The notes: generated by a model from the sequence alone, not told the origin. Counted from the first letter of the stretch, positions 39,457 through 49,253 are shown. The stretch: DNA of 64,000 bases from an uncultured virus (IMG/VR IMGVR_UViG_3300036770_004513) (IMGVR_UViG_3300036770_004513); one strand, 5' to 3'. A program made the numbers and translations.

Positions 39457-39933
39457 TCAAAGTTCAACAAGCCTGAAGGCCCGGACACAGGACGTAGACG
39501 CCTTACTACGGGTGTACCGGGTACCAGTAAAATACACGGCGCACGCATTAGTAGAGCTAGTCTCAGAAGAAGACCAGTAAAACGTGGACGAAAATTGTTG
39601 TTTGGCGTTTTTGGATGTCAATTGTAGTTGTTCAACCGAAGGGATAAACCAATCAGATGGATTATGGCCGTGTACCTTGAGTTTATCAAAGACTGGCTGA
39701 AATTCTGGTGTCCATTCGCAACGAACTTCAGTTTCTTTTGGAGCAGCAATAAGCAGCCTTTCGTTGTAGAGAATGGATTTGGGTTGACGCTCAATAACAA
39801 CACAACCATCCTCTAGCTTATCTCCAGGTTGGGCTTGTTCTGGAGTGGGAAAAGTTGTTTTAAGAAGTTTCTTAAGTCTTTTTAATTCACGACTTGTCTC
39901 GCTAATTTTAGCCTTAAGTTCAAGATAATCCAT
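39457..39933 (-). CDS. CLec-fold DGR target paralog (VR one codon short)
   Basis: VR scaffold at about 39478-39593; start at MDYLE. Confidence 0.9.
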   Translation of the reverse strand: MDYLELKAKISETSRELKRLKKLLKTTFPTPEQAQPGDKLEDGCVVIERQPKSILYNERLLIAAPKETEVRCEWTPEFQPVFDKLKVHGHNPSDWFIPSVEQLQLTSKNAKQQFSSTFYWSSSETSSTNACAVYFTGTRYTRSKASTSCVRAFRLVEL

Positions 39934-40092
39934 AATTAAGGTAATTAGATAATAGTCCCAGGTTTTAGAGTCTCTGGTGTTTGGTTTAAGGTGTTTTCGA
40001 TAAGTCTTGCAAACACAATGACTGGATCGCCATTCAGTTTGGTTTCGCAAAGAGCCTGTTTCCAGAGACTCTTAATTAGGGTTTCATCCATT

Positions 40093-40293
40093 TTAGGAAA
40101 TAATTAAAACGTCGTTTTTAAAGTCAGTGTGAGGTTTGATGTTCCCATCACGGTCATTATAGATCCTATCATTTTCAGTGAGTGATTCTGGGGCCACTTC
40201 AAAAAGTGTCCAATAAGTTCCAAATTCAGAAAGAAGAACCTCCATTTCGGGTGGATACTGCTGCAGGATTTTTTGTAGGTCTTTGTTTTTCAT
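40093..40293 (-). CDS. hypothetical protein
   Basis: AGGAG RBS; LQQYPPEMEV. Confidence 0.65.
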   Translation of the reverse strand: MKNKDLQKILQQYPPEMEVLLSEFGTYWTLFEVAPESLTENDRIYNDRDGNIKPHTDFKNDVLIIS

Positions 40294-40308
40294 AATAACT
40301 CCTGGTGA

Positions 40309-40824
40309 TTAATTGGTTTCTTTGGTAGGAAATGGGCCACAAATTTCGTCTAGACTTTTTTGTTTATCGCCATGGTATTGGCGACAATTGAGAACCGAAT
40401 TAAATTGTTGTTGAAGCGAATTTTTTTGTTCGGGATCGAAATTTTTCCAATCAGGTAGTTTACCACAAATCAGATCCAATTTTTCTTTAGTGGGATCTTT
40501 AACATTAGAACGACATTCTTGGGTTTTTTCAAGAGTAAGTTGAAAGTTAGTGTAGATTCTCTTGGATTCTAGTGTCCCTTTAACCCCGAAAAAAATGATT
40601 CCAGTTCCTATAAGAGAAAGGATTGTAAAAATAGTTCCAACAAAAATAACACCCTCTTTCTTTGTGCTAATAACATCAGAAATAGCATCAACAATTTTAT
40701 TAGGTTGTTTTCGAATTGGTGGACTTTTACCAGTCTCTAGGACATTATAAAGTTTGGTGTAAGCATCCAACTGTTCAGGGGATGCATTTTCCATCCATTC
40801 TGTTGTAGAATTGGGTTTGCTCAT
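40309..40824 (-). CDS. single-TM protein with a repeated Cys module
   Basis: central TM; CR...LD.ICG..P occurs twice. Confidence 0.7.
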   Translation of the reverse strand: MSKPNSTTEWMENASPEQLDAYTKLYNVLETGKSPPIRKQPNKIVDAISDVISTKKEGVIFVGTIFTILSLIGTGIIFFGVKGTLESKRIYTNFQLTLEKTQECRSNVKDPTKEKLDLICGKLPDWKNFDPEQKNSLQQQFNSVLNCRQYHGDKQKSLDEICGPFPTKETN

Positions 40825-41030
40825 TTTTTAATGGAATTATTTGTGATTTTGAGATAGTCGTAGGTCGTCCTGCATTGTTTGGGTTGTTCGATGCACCAAA
40901 TTATTGTTTCTTTACTACTTTTTTTGTAACCTTTATTATAACCATCGTGAAGTGATGCAAGGCAAAAAACTATGGCAAATGTGATTAGCCAGATTGCTTC
41001 ATAATTAATTTCTTTGTTTGGTTGTTTCAT
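40821..41030 (-). CDS. small membrane protein (CIEQPKQC paralog)
   Basis: tandem paralog of 41005..41199. Confidence 0.65.
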   Translation of the reverse strand: MKQPNKEINYEAIWLITFAIVFCLASLHDGYNKGYKKSSKETIIWCIEQPKQCRTTYDYLKITNNSIKK

Positions 41031-41199
41031 TTGAGGAATCTTTCAATTTGAGATAATCGTAGACGGTCTTGCATTGTTTGGGTTGTTCGATGCACATAAT
41101 TACACCATCTTCAAACGTTTTCTTTATAGGAAGTTTATTTGCTGCATCAATCAAAGGTAACGAAAATGATGCGATTAATATAATTAAAATCCAGTTCAT
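41005..41199 (-). CDS. small membrane protein (CIEQPKQC paralog)
   Basis: tandem paralog of 40821..41030. Confidence 0.65.
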   Translation of the reverse strand: MNWILIILIASFSLPLIDAANKLPIKKTFEDGVIMCIEQPKQCKTVYDYLKLKDSSNETTKQRN

Positions 41200-41672
41200 C
41201 GTTCGTTACCTCCAATAATTAAATCGAACCCTTCAGAATAGGTTGGTCTTTGGTAATCATTAAACATTTCTGTAAGAACACCTTTAGGAATAACCTTACC
41301 AGCTCTAAATTGATTTCGGGCAAGAGCTTCTTCCAGAGAAATCTCAAAATAAACAGCCTGTCTTCGCCACCAAAAAGGGATCCTTTGGAGTTTCTTGTTT
41401 CGTGTTTTGATAGTTAGATTTGTCTGATCCCAAATGATGGGGGTTTGAGATTCGATTGCTTCTGTTAGTTGATGATCAAGAAATTGGTGCGCCGGCCCGA
41501 CAGCACTTGCGAACATTTCATCGTAGCTAACTCCTTTTGAATTAGCCGCTTGTTCGATGTAGTTGTCAGTGGATAGAATTGCAGCAGATTTCCAATAATC
41601 TTGTTCGAGAAGATTATCGACATAGCTGCTTTTTCCCGATGTGGGAATGCCAACTAACATAAGCAATTCCAT
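41196..41672 (-). CDS. P-loop kinase (AAA_33 / polynucleotide-kinase-like)
   Basis: LVGIPTSGKS, LSTD, IWDQTNL...R, ARN..R, PTYSEGF; GGAGGAG RBS before MELLM. Confidence 0.85.
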   Translation of the reverse strand: MELLMLVGIPTSGKSSYVDNLLEQDYWKSAAILSTDNYIEQAANSKGVSYDEMFASAVGPAHQFLDHQLTEAIESQTPIIWDQTNLTIKTRNKKLQRIPFWWRRQAVYFEISLEEALARNQFRAGKVIPKGVLTEMFNDYQRPTYSEGFDLIIGGNER

Positions 41673-41968
41673 CACTCCTCCGGTTCGAGGGTTACAGTAA
41701 GTCCACGAGCCTGAAGACTTAGTTGATAATGTTCTGCTGGCTCTAGGTCGCAAATAATCACGAGTCCTACACCCGTCTGGTGGGCTGTGAGGGCGATGGA
41801 AAGAGCCTTTTGTTCTCCCATACCAACAACCTCCATAAGAGCCGGAACAACCTGATGAAAGCCGATTTCATCATCATTGTGGAGCAAGACTTTATAGCGT
41901 GGGGAATGACGGGCCTTAGGTTGAGAGGCCTGTTCAATTGTAGGACGATCAAGAACCTCGGATGGCAT
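41672..41968 (-). CDS. clpS: ATP-dependent Clp protease adaptor ClpS
   Basis: PRYKVLLHNDD...AHQTGVGLV..CDLEPAEHY...L..RGLTVTLEPE, cyanobacterial-type. Confidence 0.9.
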   Translation of the reverse strand: MPSEVLDRPTIEQASQPKARHSPRYKVLLHNDDEIGFHQVVPALMEVVGMGEQKALSIALTAHQTGVGLVIICDLEPAEHYQLSLQARGLTVTLEPEE

Positions 41969-42024
41969 AATAAAAACTCCTTAGGGTGGGTTTAAGTTGT
42001 GGTACAAAATTCAAAGTTCAATTC

Positions 42025-42486
42025 TCAAAGTTCAACAAGTCTGAAGGCCCGGACACAGTACGTAGACGTCTTACTAAAGGCGCTCTGGTAACCACTATTA
42101 AAACCCACGTAGCACGCATTAGCAGAGCTAGCCTCAGTAGAAGACCAGTAAAGCGTGGACGAGAATTGTTGTTTGGTATTTTTATAAGCAAGAAGCAATT
42201 GCTTTTGTGAAGGAATAAACCACTGTGATGGATTGAGTCCGTGTTTCTGAAGTTTATTGAATACAGGAGTAAATTCCTCGCTCCACTCGCAACGAACCTC
42301 AGTCTCCTTTGGTGCAGCAATAAGAGCTGCATTGTTATACTTTGCAATAACAACGGTTCCATCCTCTAGCATGTCGCCAGGTTTGGCTTCTTGGAGAGTA
42401 GGAAAAGTCATCTTCAATTGTTGTTTAATTGCCTCGGCTTCTTGTTGAATGGTATTAAGCCGTTGTTGCATTTCAGATCGGTTCAT
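42025..42486 (-). CDS. CLec-fold DGR target paralog
   Basis: VR scaffold at about 42046-42164. Confidence 0.9.
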   Translation of the reverse strand: MNRSEMQQRLNTIQQEAEAIKQQLKMTFPTLQEAKPGDMLEDGTVVIAKYNNAALIAAPKETEVRCEWSEEFTPVFNKLQKHGLNPSQWFIPSQKQLLLAYKNTKQQFSSTLYWSSTEASSANACYVGFNSGYQSAFSKTSTYCVRAFRLVEL

Positions 42487-42569
42487 AAAAGTGTCTCCGT
42501 GGTTGACTTTGGTAGAATAGCAGGATGGAATTGGAATAGGATGCTACCTTGTGCCAGTTTTATGAGTGG

Positions 42570-43007
42570 TCAGTCGATCCTAGTGAAGGTTGGAAGGGGT
42601 TGTTCACTCCAATTCATAGGGGTGTCATAATTTACACCAAACATTTTAGACAAATCTCTAGGTGAAGAATCAGATTCAACGATTTTTTCGTCTTTAGCCT
42701 TATCCCAAGATAACCTATGACGAATAGTGTTACTAATGTCTAGTGCTATGCTATTGGTTTCAGGTAAATCAGGATGTCCCACACCAAGAGATGAATTAAG
42801 ACCATTGACATTACTTATAAGATATTTTGATAGGATTTCACCTATAAGATTGGCGTCTTTGTGTAATTCATCATAATCAATGTTTTCTTGAAGCGGGAGA
42901 AGTTCTAGAATTTCTCTCCACTGGCCTATCTGAATTCTTACAAATAGGTCAGTGGCTTTCTGAATAACCTCAATTTGTTCTTTACTGAGTGTTGAGAGAT
43001 AGTTCAT
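42570..43007 (-). CDS. hypothetical protein
   Basis: 145-aa ORF; RIQIGQW motif. Confidence 0.7.
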   Translation of the reverse strand: MNYLSTLSKEQIEVIQKATDLFVRIQIGQWREILELLPLQENIDYDELHKDANLIGEILSKYLISNVNGLNSSLGVGHPDLPETNSIALDISNTIRHRLSWDKAKDEKIVESDSSPRDLSKMFGVNYDTPMNWSEQPLPTFTRID

Positions 43008-43410
43008 TTTTTAGCTGGAGTTTGGCCAATGTCAAAGGTAGGAACAGGAGCACCCCCATTGCTAGGGACCATGTAAACAGTCCGATCGGTTTTTTCTTCG
43101 CCTTGAGTAATCCACAGATACTGAAGATAAGCAGGATTATCTTTCAGTGAATTACCAATGATTCGGTTAGCCTCTGCAACACCTTTGGCTCGAATAACCT
43201 CGGATTCACCTAGAAGTGCAGCAGAATCTTTCTTGGCCTGGGCCTCAAGAACTGCAACTTGCCTTGTGTATTCAGCCTCTTGCAATTGAGCCTTACCGTT
43301 TAGAGTTTTGGTCCAGACACCATACTGAGGCAGACCAAAAGCCAGCCGGCCACAACAATAATGCCGACAAGTGAAAGCATAATGAAAGCGTTGGATTCGT
43401 TGTTACGCAT
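43004..43410 (-). pseudogene. frameshifted stomatin/prohibitin-like membrane protein gene
   Basis: ATG at 43410 with RBS and TM start; one base missing near 43345 shifts from ...IIVVAG to LAFGLPQYGVW...QEAEYTRQVAVLEA...YLQYLWI. Confidence 0.65.
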
Positions 43411-43457
43411 AATAGTTCTCCTTAGAATGAAAGATTTAAAAAATTGAAATTAATGGG

Positions 43458-43919
43458 TCAAAGTTCAACAAGCCTAAAGGCCCGGACACAGCCCGTAAAC
43501 ATCTTACTATCGCGGCTCTGGACACCATTACCGAAATCCACAAAGCACGCACCAGTAGAGCTAGTCTCAGTAGAAGACCAATTCCACCAACCAGAAAAAT
43601 GTTGTTTGCCATTTTTGTAGGCTAGTTTTAATTGTTCAACCGAAGGAATAAACCACTGTGAAGGATTGAGTCCGTGATCTTTAAGGGACTCAAAGACGGG
43701 ATTAAATTCCTCACTCCACTGACAACGAACTTCAGTAGATTGTGGGGCCGCAATAAGAGCTGCATTACCGTATTTCTCAATAACAACAGTTCCATCCTCT
43801 AGCATTTCACCAGGATTTGCATCTTGGATAGAAGGATAGCTTTTTGCTAGAGCCTTCTTAATTTCTTCGGCTTCTTGTTGAATGGTTTCGAGCCGTTGTT
43901 GCATTTCAGATCGGTTCAT
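43458..43919 (-). CDS. CLec-fold DGR target paralog
   Basis: VR scaffold at about 43479-43580. Confidence 0.9.
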   Translation of the reverse strand: MNRSEMQQRLETIQQEAEEIKKALAKSYPSIQDANPGEMLEDGTVVIEKYGNAALIAAPQSTEVRCQWSEEFNPVFESLKDHGLNPSQWFIPSVEQLKLAYKNGKQHFSGWWNWSSTETSSTGACFVDFGNGVQSRDSKMFTGCVRAFRLVEL

Positions 43920-44004
43920 AAGAGTGTCTCCGTGGTTGACTTTGGTAGAATAGCAGAAATTTGATCAAAGGGAAATTGATTATGCCACTTATCGAGTTGG
44001 CACA

Positions 44005-44484
44005 TCAAAGCTCAATAAACCGAAAGGCCCGTACACAGATCGTATTCGTCTTATTAACGGCGTACTGGCTACCATCACAGAAGGTCACGATGCACGCAGT
44101 ATTAGAGCTAGCCTCAGTAGAAGACCAATGCCACCATGTTGGAAAATGTTGTTTGGCGTTTTTGTATGCAAGTTTCAATTGCTCAACCGAAGGAATAAAC
44201 CATCCACTTGGGTTAAATCCTTTTTCCTTGAGTTTATCAAAGACTGGTTGGAATTCTGGTATCCACCTACAAAATTCTTCAGTTTCCATTGGTGCAGCAA
44301 CAAGCAATCTTTCGTTATAGAAAATTGTCTTTGGATACCGCTCGATAACAACACTTCCATCAACCAACTTATCGCCAGGTTGAGCTTGTTCTGGGGTTGG
44401 ATAAGTGACTTTTAAAAGCCTTTCTAGTTTATCAACTTCGGCTTTTGCTTTTTTAAGCCGATCTTTAAGTTCAAGATAATCCAT
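44005..44484 (-). CDS. CLec-fold DGR target paralog
   Basis: VR scaffold at about 44026-44127; keeps many AAT codons. Confidence 0.9.
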   Translation of the reverse strand: MDYLELKDRLKKAKAEVDKLERLLKVTYPTPEQAQPGDKLVDGSVVIERYPKTIFYNERLLVAAPMETEEFCRWIPEFQPVFDKLKEKGFNPSGWFIPSVEQLKLAYKNAKQHFPTWWHWSSTEASSNTACIVTFCDGSQYAVNKTNTICVRAFRFIEL

Positions 44485-44486
44485 AA

Positions 44487-44741
44487 TCAAATAAGCTGGG
44501 CAGGAATTAGTGGTTTGATAATTTGATTCCAATTATTGACATCATTTAAAGAAATAGCGTCTTCACTGATGGTCACACTATCATTATTCTCGTGGGGGAA
44601 AAGAATAACATTATTTTTAATTTTTAGGACAAGACCATCTTTATTCATTTGAGCAACAAGAGTCGATGTCTCATCATCAAAAAGACAATGCTTGAACTTT
44701 TTAAGAAGTTTGTAGGCTTCTTGAAGACTGACTTGTTTCAT
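44487..44741 (-). CDS. hypothetical protein
   Basis: start at MKQVS. Confidence 0.55.
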   Translation of the reverse strand: MKQVSLQEAYKLLKKFKHCLFDDETSTLVAQMNKDGLVLKIKNNVILFPHENNDSVTISEDAISLNDVNNWNQIIKPLIPAQLI

Positions 44742-44806
44742 AAGTAATTTCCGAACTGAGCTAACAATAACAGGTTTAGTGAGTGGTGTCAATTAAGCAT
44801 TACTTA

Positions 44807-45268
44807 TCATTCCCAATGCTCGTATAAGAAACCCTTTTCAGTTGAGTAATGAATGTGTTTAAGATTAGGGTAAAAGTTACGAATCAAGTAAGAACAAGAA
44901 ACACAAGGTCTTGCAAGCCGTAGCCTTCTTGAATTGTATCGACCAGACAACCGACATACCACAATAGTATCAGGTTCTTCTGGCCTTACTTTTTTAAGAG
45001 CAAGTGTCTCGGCGTGGCCATAGACTTTCTTTGAGTATTCGGGGTTATTGTAAATGATAGAGACCTTTTCAGAGATTCTGGCCTGAAATGCATCAGATTT
45101 TGTGTAATTGTTACAGGCAGCAGCAATAATGGTGTTACCCCGAATAAGAATAGCCCCGACTCTTTTTGGTCCTTCTGATGCCATTGCAACAGTTATGGAT
45201 TGTTGAAGGAATCGGGGCTTTAGTTTTGATTTAATCGGGACACAATTCTCGTTTATAGTCAAAATCAT
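44807..45268 (-). CDS. cytidine/deoxycytidylate deaminase-like protein
   Basis: VGAIL, GHAE, ARPCVSC, IHYST zinc-deaminase motifs. Confidence 0.85.
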   Translation of the reverse strand: MILTINENCVPIKSKLKPRFLQQSITVAMASEGPKRVGAILIRGNTIIAAACNNYTKSDAFQARISEKVSIIYNNPEYSKKVYGHAETLALKKVRPEEPDTIVVCRLSGRYNSRRLRLARPCVSCSYLIRNFYPNLKHIHYSTEKGFLYEHWE

Positions 45269-45815
45269 GAGAAATCTTATACAATCGGTCAAAGTAAGTC
45301 TGGGCTTTTACTGCATTAACAAACACAGGCCCATTTGTTGAATTGATTCCCCACAATAAACTACGATTATCAAGCGAATAGCATTGATAGAGAACGTCGT
45401 TCATTTCCGATCCTCTAGGATTTGTTCACAAACATCAAGAATTGCCGAATTGATTGTTAGATCCTCCGAATGAGGATCATTAGAATAGGAGCCACGGCAG
45501 GCTTCTTCTTTGGTGCGGATCATTTCAATTGTTGCATTATCAAGATGGTACAGGGCTCTGCTGATTCCATCGAAAAGGATGCTAAGATTAGAGTTAGTCA
45601 TTTGTTAAAGGGTTCAATGTTGATGTTATCAAAAATAATAAAGGACAATTCGCTTGTAAGTTCCTCGGAAATTTTCCCACCAAACAACCGATTGATTACA
45701 TTGGGGATAATCTCTTGCATAAAGGTGGCGTATTCTTCAGATTTGAAGATTTCATCACACACTTCAGGGGTGATGGTATGGGCGAGTTGAATGAGAGTTT
45801 TGTTAGAAAATGCCA

Positions 45816-46196
45816 TCAGGAAATTACCTTATGAAAGATTTGGAGGGTATCAAGGATACCCATAAGGGCTCCCATTTTTTCGGGATAACTAAGTTCTGGG
45901 TCTTCGTAAATCACTTTTGCCCGTTTAAATGAATCCTGAAAATAAGTATTATCGGATTCAGGAAAACAATAAAGGTCTTGGTTAATAGAAAAATCGACAA
46001 TGGACTTTTCACAAGCAACAAGAACTTGCTGGGCCTTATCAGATTGTTCTTCCCGATCTAGATCAAAATAATGGCAGCGAATGATTGCTTTCTGGTGTTC
46101 AGCATAATGCTCCAAGGCTGCCCGGATCAGATTAACTTCTTCCCTTGGGAATTTTCGCATAGGATGGTTTGTGAACGCCTGATCACTATAACCCAA
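45816..46196 (-). CDS. hypothetical protein
   Basis: ORF in an operon (start probably MRKFP). Confidence 0.55.
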   Translation of the reverse strand: MGYSDQAFTNHPMRKFPREEVNLIRAALEHYAEHQKAIIRCHYFDLDREEQSDKAQQVLVACEKSIVDFSINQDLYCFPESDNTYFQDSFKRAKVIYEDPELSYPEKMGALMGILDTLQIFHKVIS

Positions 46197-47023
46197 GGTC
46201 TGGCGGGATGGGGGTCAGGGTGGGACAGAACCTAGACTGTCCACCTAAAGTTCGAGAGTATCAACAATCTCACCAGTATTGTTATCAATAATACTAGCAT
46301 AACCAAAAGTAATGGCCATTGATTCCATAACGGATTTGGCCTCGTCTAACGAATCTGTTTCATAAGATTCAGTATGGGCTCTTACTGTGTAATTCACGTT
46401 AAATACCCCACAGAATAACCTTGTTCATCAAATACCTCAACTGTTGCATAATCCTTTTTTCCAATTTTGTTTGGGGCATACATAAGTCCATCTTCTCTGG
46501 AATTATTCAGAAATGTTGCAATTTCTGCTGCCTTATTGCGGCTGTATAGTACCCATCGTTCGTGCGAATAGCGGTTTTTCATTGTTGTAATCCAAATTTT
46601 GGTACTAAAAATTGGGTGTCATAAAGACACCCATTGATTATGTTAACTCAACCCTCTTGATAGTTGCTATAAAGAGAGTAAAGTCGATCTTCGTGTTCAA
46701 GAATCATTTCTTGAATTTCTTCCTCAGTCATTTCTGAGTATGTTAGTCCTTGTAGTTCTGCTAGTTGCTGAACACAGACTTTTTGTGCATCATAATCACC
46801 ATCAAAAACATCGTTTAGGATGATAGCAACTTCTTTTGCTAGGGTTAGTCTTTGAATCATAATTAGAAAGCGATTGGATCGGAAGTTGATTCTTTATGGC
46901 CAGTAATTATGGCCAATTGTTCTAGACGTTCTAGAATTTCACTGGCGTTTTTACCAGATTGTAGGTATTCTATCGCATCTTGTTTAGTCTCGACTTGTTT
47001 GTAGAACATAGTTAGTCATAGGT

Positions 47024-47494
47024 TTAGAAAGTAACAAGCCTAAATGCACGGACACAGGACGTAAACGTCTTACTACAGGTGAACTGGTCACCATTAAGGA
47101 AATGTACGTGGCACGCATCAGTAGAGCTAGCCTCAGTAGAAGACCAGTAAGACCAGTAATGCGTGGACGAAAAGTATGGTTTCGCGTTTTTGTATGCAAG
47201 TTTCAATTGCTCTTGAGAAGGGATAAACCACTGAGAAGGATTGAAACCTTGAGATTTCAAGGCCTCAAAAACATCAGAGAATTCTTTACTCCAAGTACAC
47301 CTACACTCAGTAATACTTGGTGCAGCAATAAGAGCTGCATTACCGTATTTCTCAATAACAACAGTTCCATCCTCTAGCAGATCGCCAGGTTTGGCTTCTT
47401 GAATAGAAGGATAGCTTTTTGCCAGAGCCTTCTTAATTTGTTCGGCCTCTTGTTGGATAGTTTCGAGCCGTTGTTGCATTTCGGCGTGATTCAT
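47024..47494 (-). CDS. CLec-fold DGR target paralog (9-bp duplication in VR)
   Basis: VR scaffold at about 47045-47172; YWSYWSS. Confidence 0.9.
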   Translation of the reverse strand: MNHAEMQQRLETIQQEAEQIKKALAKSYPSIQEAKPGDLLEDGTVVIEKYGNAALIAAPSITECRCTWSKEFSDVFEALKSQGFNPSQWFIPSQEQLKLAYKNAKPYFSSTHYWSYWSSTEASSTDACHVHFLNGDQFTCSKTFTSCVRAFRLVTF

Positions 47495-47796
47495 ACCAGT
47501 TTCAGTTGGTTATTACGAATCATACGGTTGACCAGAGAACCAACAGAACCTTCAGCATCCACGAGAGTTGCATAGAGTTCATCAATAATGTCGCCAAGTG
47601 CCTCATCAGAAAGCATATACTCATAGGCATCTTCACGACCACGGAAGGTCACAGAAAGAGTATCGCCATTGTAAGACATTGCAGAAATAGCCGAACTTCC
47701 TTCAGGAGTGAAAGTGGCCTCAAAGGTGTTATCATCGCCGGTATTAAGGGTACCGAGCATTTCTTGAGTTGTTACAGAATTCATAGTAGCAGTCAT
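47491..47796 (-). CDS. KTSC-like domain protein
   Basis: SSAISAMSY...LSVTF....YEY...SVGSLVN; GGAGG RBS before MTATM. Confidence 0.65.
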   Translation of the reverse strand: MTATMNSVTTQEMLGTLNTGDDNTFEATFTPEGSSAISAMSYNGDTLSVTFRGREDAYEYMLSDEALGDIIDELYATLVDAEGSVGSLVNRMIRNNQLKLV

Positions 47797-48003
47797 TTCA
47801 ATTTCCTCCAATAGTTTAAGAGTTTTGGGGTCGAGAGATTCATTGAAACCATCAAAAACAGAGGTTTCAATAATGTCGTCAATTGTAGAGGCGATGTCTA
47901 GTTCCTCATTGAAATCGGACGTGAGTAGCATAGCACGAAAATAGGGGGTAGGGTGAAAGTGTGTGACGGCTATGAGAGTGTCACAAAGCTCAAGCAACAA
48001 AAT

Positions 48004-48675
48004 TCAAAGTTCGACAAGCATGAAGGCTCGGACACCGAGCGTAGTCGTCATACTAAAGGGGCCCTGGAAACCACTACTGAAGGACATGTAGCACGCACCA
48101 GTAGAGCTAGCCTCCGTAGAAGACCAGTAACACGAGGACGAAAAGTGTTGTTTGGCGTTTTTATGAGCAAGTTTCAATTGCTTTTGAGAAGGAATAAACC
48201 ACTGTGAGGGTTTAAAGTTGTGAATTGTGAGCTTATCGAAAACTGGTTGGAATTCTGGTGTCCAGGTGCAAAAAACTTCAGTCTCCTTTGGAGCAGCAAT
48301 AAGAACTGCATTACTGTACTTCTCGATAACAATGCAACCATCCTCAAGTTCATCGCCAGGGTTTGCATCTTGGATAGTGGGATGGCTTTTTGTTAGAGCT
48401 TGTTTAATTACTTCGGCTTCTTGTTGAATGGTTTCAAGTTGCTGCCGTAGATCAACTGGCTTTTCCTCCTTGAGTTTGATGGTTTTGATGTTTAGAGGAT
48501 TAATTAACCAATAAAAACCATCCCTTTTATAAATTGCATAGTCGCCATCAGGCCACCGCAATTCATAAGGAAATTTCGAATTGTTGCTTCTTTCAATAAC
48601 AGCTTCACTTGTGAAGCCGTCTTGAAGGGTTACAATAACAGTTTTGTTGACAAATTGTTCAAGATCAATCTTCAT
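48004..48675 (-). CDS. CLec-fold DGR target paralog with MIDLEQF N-module
   Basis: VR scaffold at about 48025-48143. Confidence 0.9.
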   Translation of the reverse strand: MKIDLEQFVNKTVIVTLQDGFTSEAVIERSNNSKFPYELRWPDGDYAIYKRDGFYWLINPLNIKTIKLKEEKPVDLRQQLETIQQEAEVIKQALTKSHPTIQDANPGDELEDGCIVIEKYSNAVLIAAPKETEVFCTWTPEFQPVFDKLTIHNFKPSQWFIPSQKQLKLAHKNAKQHFSSSCYWSSTEASSTGACYMSFSSGFQGPFSMTTTLGVRAFMLVEL

Positions 48676-48744
48676 TGGGGTTCCTCGGTTGACTAGAATA
48701 GAATAACAGGAATTGAATTGAATTTAGTGGTTGGTTGTGCCAGT

Positions 48745-48984
48745 TTAAGAATTGTCATTGTTGAATGTGCCAAAAATCAATAAGATGAATACCGGCCAAA
48801 TACATCCGAGAAGAATGGATGTAATAATGGAAACTACAGTAAAATTAGTAGATTGCAGGCTTTCATCTGTTACTCCTAGCCCCGACAATCTACCTTTTAT
48901 CTCATTCTCGTGAACAATACAAAAGTTATAAATAAAAGCAGCTGTAAACAGGCACATTGCCAAGTAAAATTTAAGATAGATCAT
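48745..48984 (-). CDS. small membrane protein
   Basis: two hydrophobic segments, CIWPV. Confidence 0.6.
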   Translation of the reverse strand: MIYLKFYLAMCLFTAAFIYNFCIVHENEIKGRLSGLGVTDESLQSTNFTVVSIITSILLGCIWPVFILLIFGTFNNDNS

Positions 48985-49253
48985 AATTCTTCATCAATCC
49001 AATCATCATAATCAAGAATCCATTGCGGATCGTTTTCTTCTAGAAAATCAATAATACTCTTTTCGTCAGTTAGATCACCATTGTAATCATAAAGACGAAC
49101 TTCGGTACGACAAAGAGCAGGAGCGTATTCTGCAGGTTCAATCCAGTTATGGTTACGAACCAATTTTACTTCATCGACAACAGCCCTGACTTTGAGGGTA
49201 ACATAGTCCTCGTAACAAAAAAACTCTGATTCAACAAGTTCAATAATTTTCAT
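48981..49253 (-). CDS. hypothetical protein
   Basis: EPAEYAPALC motif. Confidence 0.65.
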   Translation of the reverse strand: MKIIELVESEFFCYEDYVTLKVRAVVDEVKLVRNHNWIEPAEYAPALCRTEVRLYDYNGDLTDEKSIIDFLEENDPQWILDYDDWIDEEL

